Assembly (NCBI GenBank): GCA_951406725.2 | Contig: OX597814.1 | Coordinates: forward strand, 124,496,001 to 124,560,000 | Direction of reading: 5' to 3' | Length of the DNA stretch: 64,000 bases | DNA from: Octopus vulgaris | Lineage: Eukaryota | Part shown: one piece after another, positions 39,809-53,568 of the stretch | How positions within the stretch are numbered: position 1 is the first letter of the stretch | How the letters are laid out: each line of letters starts with the position of its first letter | The notes under the pieces: generated by a model | The model's database searches: none | What the model was told of the DNA's origin: nothing | Seen by the model: only the letters and a program-made list of their open reading frames with translations | Position numbers and translations under genes: made by a program

Positions 39809-39997
39809 CCTTTAAGCTCATTATCATTGCTATCATCATGATTATCATTATCATCATTTCTTCGATCCCTATCACGACCGCCAGACCACCATGAGTACCA
39901 TCTCCACCGACACGACTTTCATCATCGCCACCACCAGCACCAGCAACACCAGCACCAGCACTATCAGCACCACCATTATCATCATCATGCTATCATC
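39378..39997. repeat. (CAT/CAC)n low-complexity tract
   Basis: Direct reading. Confidence 0.9.
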
Positions 39998-40371
39998 TGA
40001 TATTGGCAGTAAATTTGTTATCAGCTAATAACACGTCACATACGTTTCCACAATTCTTCTCCTTCGTGGACACCCTTTAAATCCAGTTGTCTCCGTTAAA
40101 ATATATTCCCGTATGACATTGTTATAGATCCTATTTCATTTTGCTATTCTCTCTACCATACACGTAATATGTCACATGATCTGAGTGTCATTAGTATTCA
40201 TAATCGGTTCAGTTTGTGCCATTAACTATGTGACGTTTCATGTCGGGTACATTAATAATTTCTTTCGGCGTGTGATATTAGCAATATGTGATATTGGCAG
40301 TGTATCATATTATTGGTGTGTGACATTGAAAGTTGGTGATATTATCCGTGTGTGACAAGAATACTGTATTG

Positions 40372-40882
40372 TTTTCTACTTTAGGAACAACGCCTGAAAT
40401 TTTGGAGGAAGAAGGAGGGGCAGTCGATTAGATCGACCCCAGTGCGCAACTGGTACTTAATTTATCGACTCCGAAAAGATGAAAGGCAAATTCGACCTCG
40501 GCGGAATTTCAACTCAGAACACAAAGCCAGACAAAATACCTATTTCTTTACTACCCACAAGGGGCTAAACACAGAGGGGACAAACAAGGACAGATTAAGT
40601 CGATTATATCGACCCCAGTGCGTAACTGGTATGTAGTTTATTTAAACGACCCCGAGAGGAAGAAAGGCAAAGTCGACCTCGGAGGAATTTCAACTCAGAA
40701 CGTAACGGCAGACGAAACACCGCTAAACATTTCGCCCAGCGTGCTAATGTTTCTTACTTCTTTATTGCCCACAAGGACAGACAAAGGGATTAAGTCGATT
40801 ACATCGACTCCAGTGCGTAACTGGTACTTAATTTATCGACCCTGAAAGGATGAAAGGCAAAGTCAACCTCGGCGGAATTTGA
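40372..40882 (-). mobile_element. SINE family A, rearranged multimer
   Basis: Three body units gaaaggcaaa.tc.acctcgg. Confidence 0.85.
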
Positions 40883-40885
40883 AGC

Positions 40886-40991
40886 TTAGGTGTTTCGCTC
40901 ATAAACACACACATCGCCCGGTCTGAGATTCGAACCCGCGATCCCTCGACCACGAGTCCGCTGCTCTAACCACTGGGCCATGTGCCTCCAC
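40886..40991 (-). mobile_element. SINE family C head (tRNA-like)
   Basis: Reverse complement gtggaggcacatggcccagtggttagagc...gggttcgaatctc has A and B boxes but no tRNA 3' acceptor strand. Confidence 0.7.
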
Positions 40992-41597
40992 AGAACATGA
41001 TTTTAGAGATGCAATATTGCAGTGTTTGACATCTGTATCACGTGACATTAGTAGTATGTAAGTAAAAGCAGTTTGACATTAGCAGTAGTGATGTGACACT
41101 GTAGTATATAACATTAGCTGTGATACTGAAGAAAGTAAGCTGATGGTTAATCTTGTGATGGAAGTAAAGGAAAGGGATTACGTTGTCTCCATTTCTTACC
41201 AACTATTGATGGTGATATAACGAAGGACTTTCAGAAGAACTTGAATGGGATGTAATGGGGAAGTAGGTGGTAAGGAAGGGTAGGTGAATGCTGTGATGGT
41301 GGAAGAAAGTATGATGTTGAAACGATGGGGAGATTGGGATTGGAGGAAAGAATATTCTTAAACATCCTTAAATCCTTAAATATCATTTTGTCGGATGTTG
41401 TACACTTTTTGGTACGTGAAGTAAAAGATAACATTTTATGAAAGCCAATTCTTGAGAAACACTGAAGGCGGTGCAGTATAGTGTAGTGTAACAATTGTGT
41501 AGTAAGGGGTATAGTATAGAGTGGTGTGTATATGATGTAGTAGAGTTCAATCTCACACTGCAGTATCCAGGATAAATATTTGCAATTACCGATTCAG

Positions 41598-41790
41598 GAA
41601 AGGTGGCGAACTGGTAGAACCGTTGGCATGCCGGAAAAAATGCCATAGTGGTATTTGGTCCGTCTCTACGTTCAGAGTACAAATCCTTTTTGCGGTCGGT
41701 AAAATAAGTATCAGTTGATTACTGGCGTCGATGTAATCGACTCACCCCGCTGCCTCAAAATTGCTGGCCTTGTACCAAAATTAGAAACCG
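41598..41790 (+). mobile_element. SINE family A-related old monomer
   Basis: aggtggcgaactggtagaaccgttggca...aaaattgctggccttgtaccaaaatt. Confidence 0.7.
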
Positions 41791-42110
41791 ATTACAGATT
41801 CAGGTTGCCCTAACCTTGTAAATGAAATTGGGTAATGGAAACTGTACAAAAATCACAGGATCCATTGTATTTGTACGTCCCAGGGTCTCCAGCTTTAATA
41901 CATTGAATACCATAAAGAGTCTGCTTGAAGATTGCATCACACAATTCCACAAGACAGTACTTATAATTCAAAAGACCTGTGCGTGCGAGACACACTCTGT
42001 ACCACGCTGGGTATAGTTGATAATTATATTAAAGGTACACGTATTTGTGAATTTCTCAACCACACACAAAACAATACAGAGATTAAGCAGCTTCATAATA
42101 TCATACAAAA

Positions 42111-42525
42111 AGGCGGCGAGCTGGTAGAATCGTTAGCACGCCGGGCGAAATGCGTAGCCGTATTTCGTCTGCTGTTACGTTCTCAGTTCAAATTCCGCCG
42201 AGGTCGACTTTGCCTTTCATCCTTTCTGGGTCGATAAATTAAGCACTAGTTACACACTGGGGTAGATATAATCGACTTAATCCGTTTGTCTGTCCTTGTT
42301 TGTCCTCTCTGTGTTTAGCCCCTTGTGGGTAGTAAAGAAATAGGTATTTCGTCTGCTGCTACGTTCTGAGTTCAAATTCCGCCGAGGTCGACTTTGCCTT
42401 TCATCCTTTCGGGGTCGATTAAATAAGTACCAGTTACGCACTGGGGTCGATGTAATCGACTTACTCCCTTTGCCTGTCCTTGTTTGTCCCCGCTATGTTT
42501 AGCCCCTTGTGGGCAATAAAGAATT
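42111..42525 (+). mobile_element. SINE family A, dimer
   Basis: Head plus two units ending agccccttgtgggcaataaagaa. Confidence 0.92.
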
Positions 42526-43363
42526 AAATATCATAGAATGAGTTGGTTGATTATACAACTGTAACAGTGAAACGTCGATATGGACAAATAAGTCCATCTA
42601 ACTATGTCTCGTATTCTTTTTCTTGTTTCAGTCACTGGGCTGCGGTCATGATGATGGGGTACTGTTTTGAGAGGCTTAGTCGAACAATTTGATCCTAGTA
42701 GTTACATTTTTAAAGTCTGGCGCCTATTCTATCGGCCTCTATTGCCGAATTGCTAAGTAACAGGCTGAAAACAAACAAACAAACAGTGGTTGATGAGCAG
42801 TGTAGATAAAAACACTAACTCACACCATCGAATTTAAAGTCTTTCGACTTAAAACGAGCCGAAACTATGATGAGTCTGGTTTCCATGGCTGATGAGAGGA
42901 TTCCCATGTTTATTTGTCCATTGTTGGTTTACAATATTCGTTTCCAAGTTCCATTTCGATGTTTCATTACACATACACACATACATGCACACATACATAT
43001 CTCCACACACACACACACACACATACACACACACACATACACACACACGCATACACAAACACACACGCACATATAACACGCATACGCACACATATTTGAA
43101 AGTCTATGAAAATTACTTAATACAGATTTTGAAGTGTAAAGGTGATTTTTAAAAAAAAATAATTTCTTAAAAAAATGTTATGAAATCTTTTATGAAGATG
43201 ATACTAACCTCTTTTCGAAAGAAGTTTTTTTTCTAGTGTGTTATCGCTTTCGTTAACATTTTCAAACTCACGTGCTCTTAAAGTGGAAGTTATTACATAT
43301 ATATGTATCCGATATACACACATTTACATGTATACATATATATGTGTGTGCGTGTGTGAATGT

Positions 43364-43414
<51 letters not shown>

Positions 43415-43835
43415 ATTAGAATAAAAGCTCAAATCAGACAATCAACGTTTTTAAATGTACGCATACATAGTCATAAATTCAATTTTAAAATATATATATA
43501 CTAATACATATCGCGACACAAAATATGTATGGATATTTTTTTGTACATATAAAGATATATAAAAACGTACGTAAATAGAAAACGCGTTGGGTATATATGG
43601 AAAAAAAAATTAAGAAAAGAGAACTAGTAAAAAATGTTTCAATACTAAATTTAAAAGCGGTTAAGAGTATTTAAAATTTCAAGTACTAAATTCATAAAGT
43701 TGAATCCGTATACAATACAATAAGAGGAAAACTACTTTCTTCTTAATTACTTCTTAATCAGTTCTATATATTTAGTAAGAAATAATTATATTATATATAA
43801 TATAATATTGTAAACATTATTTTATATATATATAC

Positions 43836-43868
<33 letters not shown>

Positions 43869-43895
43869 AAGAGAGAGAAAGACAGATGTATATAT

Positions 43896-43964
<69 letters not shown>

Positions 43965-44110
43965 GTATGTAGATATGATATATACATATTTATATAGATA
44001 TTGCTATTATTATCGAAGTCAATACAAATAGTCCATAATAACAACAATATTAATATAGGTGATTGCTGGCCTAACTTAGCGTTACATAGCTATGAAATTT
44101 AAATTATATT

Positions 44111-44604
44111 AATCAAAGGACACGATTAAGTGTCTACCTGCTAGAAATAAGAGTTAAAGCTCTCATTCGGACCACCAAAAATTACAGTGAAAATAACAGA
44201 TACAACAGTGTACTGGCGAGCGAACCGAAAAACCACCTCTCACATACCTTTATAGCATAAAGTTATATATTTAATGGAACCGGTATATATGTGGACCGGT
44301 TTCTGGTTTAATACAAAGTTCTTACCCTCCTCAGAACATCTTAACTCTTAGAAACATCTTCCCAGTCTGCTACGTTGAAATCTGCTAGCGTTCTCAATTG
44401 GTCTCAAACCAGAAACCGGTTCACATATATTACTTGTTCCATTAAATATATAGCTTTATACTAGTATGGTATGTGAGAGATCTTTTTCGGTTCGCTCGCC
44501 CGTATACTGTTGTATCTGTTATTTTCAGTGTAATTCTTGGTGGTCGAAATGAGAATTTTAACTCTTATTTCTAGCGGGTAGACACTTCATTTTGTCCTTT
44601 GATT
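44111..44604. repeat. Long inverted repeat (arms 44111-44309 and 44406-44604)
   Basis: aatcaaaggaca pairs with tgtcctttgatt; ggcgagcgaaccgaaaaa pairs with tttttcggttcgctcgcc; accggtttctggttt pairs with aaaccagaaaccggt. Confidence 0.95.
44294..44334 (-). ncRNA. Minimal type-I hammerhead-like motif
   Basis: Reverse complement: CTGAGGA-g-ggt-loop-acc-a-GAAAC-CG-GTC, with palindromic ACCGGT at stem III. Confidence 0.65.
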
Positions 44605-44903
<299 letters not shown>

Positions 44904-45302
44904 TGTGTGCGCGTGCGTGCGCGTGCGTGCGTGCGCGTGTGTGTGTGGATATGTATACGTGTATAAGCATGGTTGCATATATATATATGTGCATCTATTG
45001 GCGTATGTGTGGGTGCGCATGTGTGTTTCATGCGAGTGTGAGTGAGCATATGCATATAGGCACATGCACGTGGGTGTGCGTGCGCGCATGTACATGTATG
45101 TATGTATGTATGTATGTACATGCAAGCATACGCGATTGCTATGAACATTTTTACTCCTTTACTTTTTACTTCCACCCCTTCGGTTTTTTCCCTTATTTAA
45201 CGGCCATTCTAATAACTCTTTCGTCTTAATAACGGTCAATTACATAGTAATTTCCCTTTGTTTAACTGTCATTTTCATAGCATATTTTGATTGCTTTAAT
45301 AA

Positions 45303-45353
45303 CTGAAGAGATGCCGGAGCAGGTTTCCTCCCCGACATCCGAAACTCGGAGTT
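45303..45353 (+). ncRNA. Minimal hammerhead-like motif
   Basis: CTGAAGA-gatgccgg..ccgacatc-c-GAAACTC-g-GAGTT. Confidence 0.6.
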
Positions 45354-45676
45354 TTATTATGGCACATATTATATTACTGATATATATATATGTGTGTGTG
45401 TGTGTATGTGTGTGTGTGTGTGTGTGTATACACACAAGCACAAATACACGCACATATAAGTCAGTAGTATGTGATATATTAAAAAACTGAATTACTACAA
45501 GACATCATCTATAAAGAGATATAATAAGTAAATTAGAGAAAACATATTTAAAGTGAGGAGTATCAAAAAAATAATAACTCGGAAATACTGATTACATGAA
45601 TAAATATATATATTAATAAAGAACTGTTTGGTTAATATTATTTTGTTTCTTTTGAGAAGAAAGGGATATAACTTTT

Positions 45677-45707
45677 GACGTGTTTCGGTATTATTTGTTC
45701 TCCCCAG
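45677..45707 (-). ncRNA. Degenerate hammerhead-like motif
   Basis: Reverse complement CTGGGGA-gaacaaataatacc-GAAAC-AC-GTC; stem II is poor. Confidence 0.3.
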
Positions 45708-46071
45708 TGAAGCAGATACTTCACAATATATGATAAAGTAGCGGAGAGAGAGCCCCTGAGTAAATGTACAGAATTGTACATTTGGAGGTGTAGTAAAATA
45801 GATATGTTTTGAGAATGAATTATTCTTAGATGTCTTCTGCATAAAAAAATAATAGTTAAGTTAATGTTAGCATACTTAATGTAGTAAGCATAAAAGAAGA
45901 AAAAACAACAACAAAAGAACAAAAAACAAAATAAAACAAGAAAAAGCTAAAGTGGTAAAGGAAAGCGATATGATTCATGGACTAATATAACTGTTTTGAA
46001 TCTTGCAGCAAATACGTAGAGGTTCTAATGGAAACTGGAAATGCTTTGTATGTGAGTGTGTGTGTGTGTGT

Positions 46072-46126
<55 letters not shown>

Positions 46127-46272
46127 CGTGTTTGTGTGCGTGATCATGTGTATGTGTGAGGAACGGCGAGGAATTGAGAGTTGGAAATTACTGGGAATTA
46201 AGTAGAATTGGGAGATAGAGGTGTGTATGTATGTAGTATGTATTTGTGTGTGTGTGTGTGTGCGCGCGCGTG

Positions 46273-46356
<84 letters not shown>

Positions 46357-46380
46357 TATGTGGATGTATATGCATACGTA

Positions 46381-46413
<33 letters not shown>

Positions 46414-46639
46414 TTGTACATACATACATACACGCACACACATATATGCAGAGGAAGAGAGAAAGAGAAAGAGGGAGAGAAAGAGGGAGAGAGAGAGAGA
46501 GAGAGAAAGGAAAAGACAGAAGAAATATTGCAGTCTATATATATATACATGTATGTTTGTGTATGTTGTGTTTGAAGTGAATGCAGGAATGTAGTTGAAA
46601 GAGAGAGAGAGAGAGAGAGAGAGAGGGGGTGTGAGGAAG

Positions 46640-46682
<43 letters not shown>

Positions 46683-46818
46683 GAGGGAGAAGGAGAGATA
46701 GATAGATAGAGAGAGAGCTTGTGTATGTTTGTGTGTTTGTGTTTACGTCAAGTTTTATACAGAAACAGTTTGAGGATCACTCAATTATTTTTAGTTGAGC
46801 ACACATTAAAAACAAAAC

Positions 46819-46942
46819 CTTTTACACAGAAAAGGTTGACAGGGACTTCGAACTTTCAGCTTGCTCACCATTCATCCGACTCTCTGATGAAGGTGAGAGA
46901 ACCGAAAATTCGAAGTCACTGTCAACCTATTCCTTGTAAAAG
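46819..46942. repeat. Near-spacerless palindrome containing a hammerhead-like motif
   Basis: aggttgacagggacttcgaa pairs with ttcgaagtcactgtcaacct; the right arm has CTGATGA(46884)-a-ggt-gagaga-acc-GAAA-attcgaa-GTC(46915). Confidence 0.85.
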
Positions 46943-47049
46943 TTAGTGTATAAAAGAGACTTTACTCTCTTCTTACCTTTCTCTCTTCTACTTTTCTCTC
47001 TCCCTCTCTTTCTCTCTTCAACCATCCACCCATCCATCAATACATCCAA

Positions 47050-47135
<86 letters not shown>

Positions 47136-47351
47136 CCTGTGCTTATTTGTCTCTTGCTCTCTCTGCTTCTCTCTGAAATGACTTGTTTTTCGTTTCATTT
47201 CCTGGACTATATTTCTCTCCATCTTTAATACACCCATCTGCCTTTCTGTCTCATGTCTCTCTTTCTCTGTCTCTCTACCCACTCTATGTCTAGCTCTTAG
47301 CTCTCGCTTTCTCTCTCTCTCTCTCTTCCCAGCAACTCCCCATTTATTATC

Positions 47352-47391
<40 letters not shown>

Positions 47392-48682
47392 TTCTGTGAC
47401 TACCATCTCCATTCAGTATCATACTGTGCTATCTCCCACAGTTTCTATCTTCCACACAATCTGTTCACAGAAGAAGCTAAGTACTACGATACACACAAGA
47501 CATGAAGGAAAAATATGCAAAAAGAAAAAAAAGTCAACAAAAACACAACAAAATCCGGAAAAAAAGTGAAGACAAGGAAATATAACCCACTTCAATCTTT
47601 TACTCCACCTCCGCAAAAAAAAAAAAAAAAGAGAAGAAACACAAACACTTCCCAATCTTGGAAGACTTGTGGGTTAAGTAGAGAAGAAGTTAGGGAGGAG
47701 CAGAAAGAAAAAAGAGGATTTTTGAAGCAAGGAATATGACAAATACGGATTCTTCTTAAAAGTCTATTGAGTCTATCAAAAACTTTACCATTTTCTCAGG
47801 CTTTTTCTCTGCAAGATTCAAGTTTTGTTAGGGACTTATAAATTCCCTAAATCTTAAAATACATTTCGAAGAAACAAAAACTAAAGAAACGTTTACAAAA
47901 AGTTTTAAAATAATCCCGTACGCACACATACACACACACACACAAAAAAAAAATCACAATTTTTTTCTTGTATTTCCTCGATGTTTATGTTCTTTTTCGT
48001 TTTGTAGTTCTCTCTACTTTCTGTTTTATTTTTACTTATTTATTTATTTATTTTTTAAATATATTAATGCTTTAGTTCTGAAAGATTTGTTGTCTCAGAT
48101 GAAATAAATTTGACCTTTACTTATTGGTTAAAATGTCACATTCTCAACCTGTCAAAACTGATTCGACTTCTTCATTAAAAACACTTCCACAATCGATTTT
48201 CTGATTTCAATATCTCACATGAAAGTAAATACTTAAAAACTCCATCTTTTTTTTCACTTTTTTTTTAACCTCCAACTCTTATTTCTTCGTGTGTCTGTTT
48301 TGTTACTCTACGTACTGATGTCAAAATATTATGCTGTGGCATAAGTGTAAGGCATTGGATTTATAGTAATGTCTTCCCACCGAGGAGGAAATTGTGGTGG
48401 AAATTGCAAGTATCTTCTTGCGTTTAGTTTTTACTGGCTTCAGTCATTGGACTGAGGCCATACTGGGGCTTCGCCTTCAACAAATCTATCTCACAGTACT
48501 CATGTTCTCTTTTTTAAAGTCTTGTATTTTATTCTATAGGTCACTTTTGTCGAATCGGTAAGTTAAGGGATGTAAACAAACTAGCTTATCAAGCTGTGTA
48601 CGTTTGTGAAGAGCAAACACAGACTCAAAGACACAAACACATACACACACGTGTACGCGCGCACACCCGTATCTATCAATCT

Positions 48683-49076
<394 letters not shown>

Positions 49077-50109
49077 GAAACACTCCTGTCACAACCTGGG
49101 ACCTTGAAGACTGCTTTAATGCAGGAAAGTATACTAGTCCTTTAATATTTGATATTCAATATTTCATCTATTCAATAAGACAATCAATACTTCATTTCAT
49201 TTTACTATATATGTATTATTTATACTATATATTCTATATTCTACATTAATATTATAAAGAATATAAATAAAACATAAAAAACAGACAGAGTTGGAATTCC
49301 TTTGATTAATATATGTATATATATATCTGTCTGTCTACCTATTTACATACACGATTTCCATCAACCAGATTCACTCTTAAGGCATCGGTCGGCCTGAGGT
49401 TGTAGTAGTAGATGTTTGCCGAATTGCTACGCAGTGGGACTGAACTCCAAACTGAGTGGCTGCAAAGCGGGTTTGTTACCTTCACAGTCATGCCTGCACC
49501 TAGGATTATATCTTTCAAATTTTGAGGACATTTTCAAGGGTGTAGTGCCAAACAGTCATCCGATCGAACCAAAGAAGCTATATATTTTTCCATCGCTTTT
49601 TTCAAACTACTGATATTGAATACTGTCTGTCAGAAGTGTCACCGTCTTTCGGTGATAGGGCACGATTTGAACGCAGAATGCACAGGCTTACACATAGCTT
49701 CGTTTTGATCCACAGACCTCATAAGGCTTGAGATCAGTCCGGTTTTCTTAAGGTATATAAGTGACTGAGAATACATTCTGCTCTGAACAAGACACCGGTT
49801 CACTAGGATGCGCAGAACCAGGACAGATATCATTAGACATATGACAATTCTGCTAATCCACTGTCCTGGTACTTTTGTAATCGACCTAAAGAGGAAGAAA
49901 AGCAAAGTTGACCTCAGCAGAATTTGAACTTATGGTGCAAAGAGTCGGAACAAATGTTACGAAGAATTTTATGTAACGTTCTAAAGACTCAACCAATTCG
50001 CCGCTTCATAATTCATATTAGCGAAATAATTACAGCTGTGAAATGAAATTGAAACCATGTCCCCTGAGTTGGCAACTCACCAATACTCTATATTATGAAA
50101 CACCTATTC

Positions 50110-50492
50110 TTTTATCTTTTACTTATTTCAGTCATTAGAATGCGGCCGTTCTGGAGCACACTCTGAAAGGATTTTGTCGAACAAATTGACTCCTGTAGAT
50201 ATATTTTTTAAAGAGTTATACTTATTCTATTGGTCACTTTGGCCGAACTGCAGAGTTACAGGGATGTAAACAGACCAACACTGGTTGTCAAGCGGTGGTG
50301 GTGACAAATACAAACGCAAACACACAGGCACATACAATGGGGTTTCAACACAGTTTCCGTCTACTAAATTCATTCACTAGGCATTAGTCGACTCGGTGAT
50401 AGAAGACACTTGTCAAAAGTACGTCATAGTGGAACTGAATCCGAAAGCACTTTGATGTAAAGCGAAATTCTCAACCACACAGCCATACCTGT
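50110..50492 (-). mobile_element. SINE family B (diverged)
   Basis: Reverse-complement similarity to 31890-32355. Confidence 0.75.
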
Positions 50493-50525
50493 GCCTATTC
50501 TCATGTTAATATTGTGTTCTCATAA

Positions 50526-51100
50526 AGGCGGCGAGCTGGCAGAATCCTTAGCACGCAGGGTAAAATGCTTAGCGCTATTTCGTCTGCCGCTACGTTCTGA
50601 GTTCAAATTCCGGCGAGGTCGACTTTGCTTTCACCCTTTCGGGGTCGATAAATTAAGTACCAGTTACGCACTGGGGTCGATATAATCGACTTAGTCCGTT
50701 GGTCTGTCCTTGTTTGTCCCCTCTGTGTTTAGCCCCTTGTGGGTAGTAAAGAAATAGGTATTTCGTCTGCCGTTACGTTCTGAGTTCAAATTCCGCCAAG
50801 GTCGACTTTGCCTTTCGTCCTTTCGGGCTCGATTAAATAAGAACCAGTTACGCACTGCGGTCGATGTAATCGATTTAATCCGTTTGTCTGTCCTTGTTTG
50901 TACTCTCTGTGTTTAGCCCCTTGTGGGTAGTAAAGAAATAGGTATTTCGTCCGTCTTTATGTTCAAATTTCGCCGAGGGCGACTTTACCTTTCATCTTTT
51001 GGGGATCAATAAAATAAGTGTCAGCTGGGGCACTGAGGTCGATGTAATCAATTTAATCCCCTCTCTGGAATTGCTGGCTTTGTGCCAAAATTTGAAACCA
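50526..51100 (+). mobile_element. SINE family A, trimer
   Basis: Head plus three units (~183-bp period); the last unit has the alternative tail ggaattgctggctttgtgccaaaatttgaaacc. Confidence 0.92.
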
Positions 51101-51244
51101 ATATTGTATTCTCATTGAGGGGCTATACTGAAAATTTATAACATAGGGAAATGAAGAGTTTGAACTATGTAGCGAATGTATATGATGAACTTGGCTCTGT
51201 ATGAAGTTACTTATTGCTCTGCCTGATCTAAAAATATTATAAAA

Positions 51245-51455
51245 TGTGGCTTAGTATTTCAGGAATTCGGATCATGATAGTGAGGTCGTGAGTTCGATTC
51301 CAGCGGCACGTTGTGACCTTGAGCAAGGCACTTTATTTCATTTTGCTCCAGTCCACTCGGCTGGTAAAAGTGGTCAGTACGTATATTTCAAACGGTCAGC
51401 CCTGTCACATTCTGTGTCGCTTGCACGTTAATTTCACGAGCAGGCTGTTCCGGCG
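51245..51455 (+). mobile_element. SINE family C (tRNA head + CORE-like segment)
   Basis: gtggcttagt...gagttcgattcc...gttgtgaccttgagcaaggcact. Confidence 0.65.
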
Positions 51456-51618
51456 ATCGGAACTCATGGTGCAGAGAGTCGGAACAAATGTTACGAAGAA
51501 TTGTACGTAACGTTCTAAACCCTCATCGTTGTAACTGGAATTGCTGGCTTTGTGCCAGGAAAGTAAAAAACAAGTGTTATGCTCCACCCTTTCGTTTTTG
51601 GCTCATTCGTCCAACGTA

Positions 51619-51670
<52 letters not shown>

Positions 51671-52016
51671 AGAGGTATTGGTATCCAGAAGACCCAAGGT
51701 GAAAAGTAAGGCTATGTAAGTGCTATGGCATGACCATAGTTAAACTCTCGGTTCGATAATAATACGAGCGAGGAGTCTAATGCGGGTCTTGTTTGAGCAT
51801 TTTTATGTTAAATAAAATGAGACAACAAAGCCAAGGGTGTGTGGAATTTTCAGGATATTCATATTACTTAAACTCACACACACACACACACACACACACA
51901 ACACTCTCACTCTCACACACACAGAGACAAGTGTTGCTGTGTGGCCAGCAGTTTGCTTCCTAACCACATGGTTCCAGGTTCAGTCCTCGGAACAGCCAAA
52001 GGTTTGGTTCACCCTG

Positions 52017-52063
<47 letters not shown>

Positions 52064-52116
52064 TTGTGCGTGTGTGTGTGTGTGTGTCTGTATGTGTGTG
52101 TGTGTATGTGTGTGTG

Positions 52117-52149
<33 letters not shown>

Positions 52150-52151
<2 letters not shown>

Positions 52152-52306
52152 GACGGGCTTCTTTTAGTTTCCGTCTACCAAATCTACTCAAAGCTTTGGT
52201 CGTCGTGAAGCTAGAGTAGAGGACACTTGCTCAAGATTCCACGCAGTGGGACTGAACCCGGAAACATGTGGTTCGGAAGCAAACTTCTTGCCACACAGCC
52301 ACGCCT
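52150..52306 (-). mobile_element. SINE family B, 5' half
   Basis: acgacgggcttctttt...gtgggactgaacccgg...ccacacagccacgcc. Confidence 0.85.
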
Positions 52307-53182
52307 GTCTCTATGTCTATGTATGTATGTTTATATATATGTATGTGTGTATGTATGTGTCGTATTTTTGTGTGTATTTGTGTCCAAGTAATGCACATCA
52401 TTTCACGTTGTTCAAGTCTGCTCAGGTAAAGAAGGAATAACAGCAGGCAACTGATGCAGCCTACCCCTCCATCCAGCTGTCACAGCCACGAGATCCCGTT
52501 GGCTAAAAGTGGGGCACGGCCCAAGAGAGTATCTGTGTTTGCTTGCGACAAGATAAGATACATAAAGCAATTAGCGGTAGCGAATTACAAGCTCACAGGT
52601 CATACCCGCTTAAAAGTTACAACTAAGCTTTTTATTGATAGTGAAAAGTAAATTGTTAAATTGAACACTTAGTCATCTTATAAATTTTTCTTATTATATT
52701 ATATTAACTTTTCAAATAATAATATATTGTTACATTAGCACTTGTATAATTAAAATGATTTCTTTTTTGTGAGCAATCTTTTCAGAAAAGCCAAACAATT
52801 GATTAACTTACACGGCTTTGCCAGCCCTTTCCTCTACTATCCACCGCTCTCTGTCACTATTTCTTCTTTACAACTCTTTACATCTCATACTTTACATATA
52901 TTGAGAAAGTAAAACAACATATGAGGGAGAGAGGGGAAGAGAGAGAGAGAAAGAGAGAAGAGAAAGAATGGGGATGAGACAAAAGAATGGGTGAAAGAAT
53001 GTGGAAAAGAAGGGAAGAGAAGGAAAAATAAAATGTGAAGGTGGGGGAGGGGTGTTATGAGAGAGAAAAGCGTTCGCAGAAGAGAAATTGAAATAGGATA
53101 AAGTGTGTGGAAAAGAAATTAGAGAGTAACAAGTAAAATAAAAAAGAAAAACGGATGTATGTGAGAGAGAGATAGAAAGTCA

Positions 53183-53568
53183 TTTCTACTATAGGCACAA
53201 GGCCTGAACTTTGGTGGGAGGGGACGAGTCGATTATATCGACCTCAGTGTTTCACTGGTATTTAATTTATAGACCCATGAAAGGATGAAAGGTAAAGTCG
53301 ACCTCGTCGGAATTTGAACTCAGAATGTAGCGACGGGCGAAATACCTATTTCTTTACTACCCACAATGGGCTACACACAGAGAGAACAAACAAGGACAGA
53401 CAAACGGATTAAGTTGATTATATCAACTCCAGTGCGTAACTGGTACTTCCCCGAAAGAGTGAAAGGAAAAGTCGACCTAGGCGGAATTTGAACTCAGAAC
53501 GTAGCGACGGGCGAAATACCGCTAAGCATTTCGCCCGGCGGGCTAACGTTTCTGCCAGCTCGCCGCCT
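53183..53568 (-). mobile_element. SINE family A, dimer
   Basis: Reverse-complement head and two units. Confidence 0.9.

Noticed and set aside
40886-40991. tRNA gene
   Set aside because: A and B boxes are present, but there is no acceptor-stem closure and it continues into SINE body sequence like 51245 and 58815.
47400-47740. Possible promoter or first exon after the CT-rich tract (TCAGT Inr-like at ~47413)
   Set aside because: The motif is too short, with no convincing ORF or splice support.
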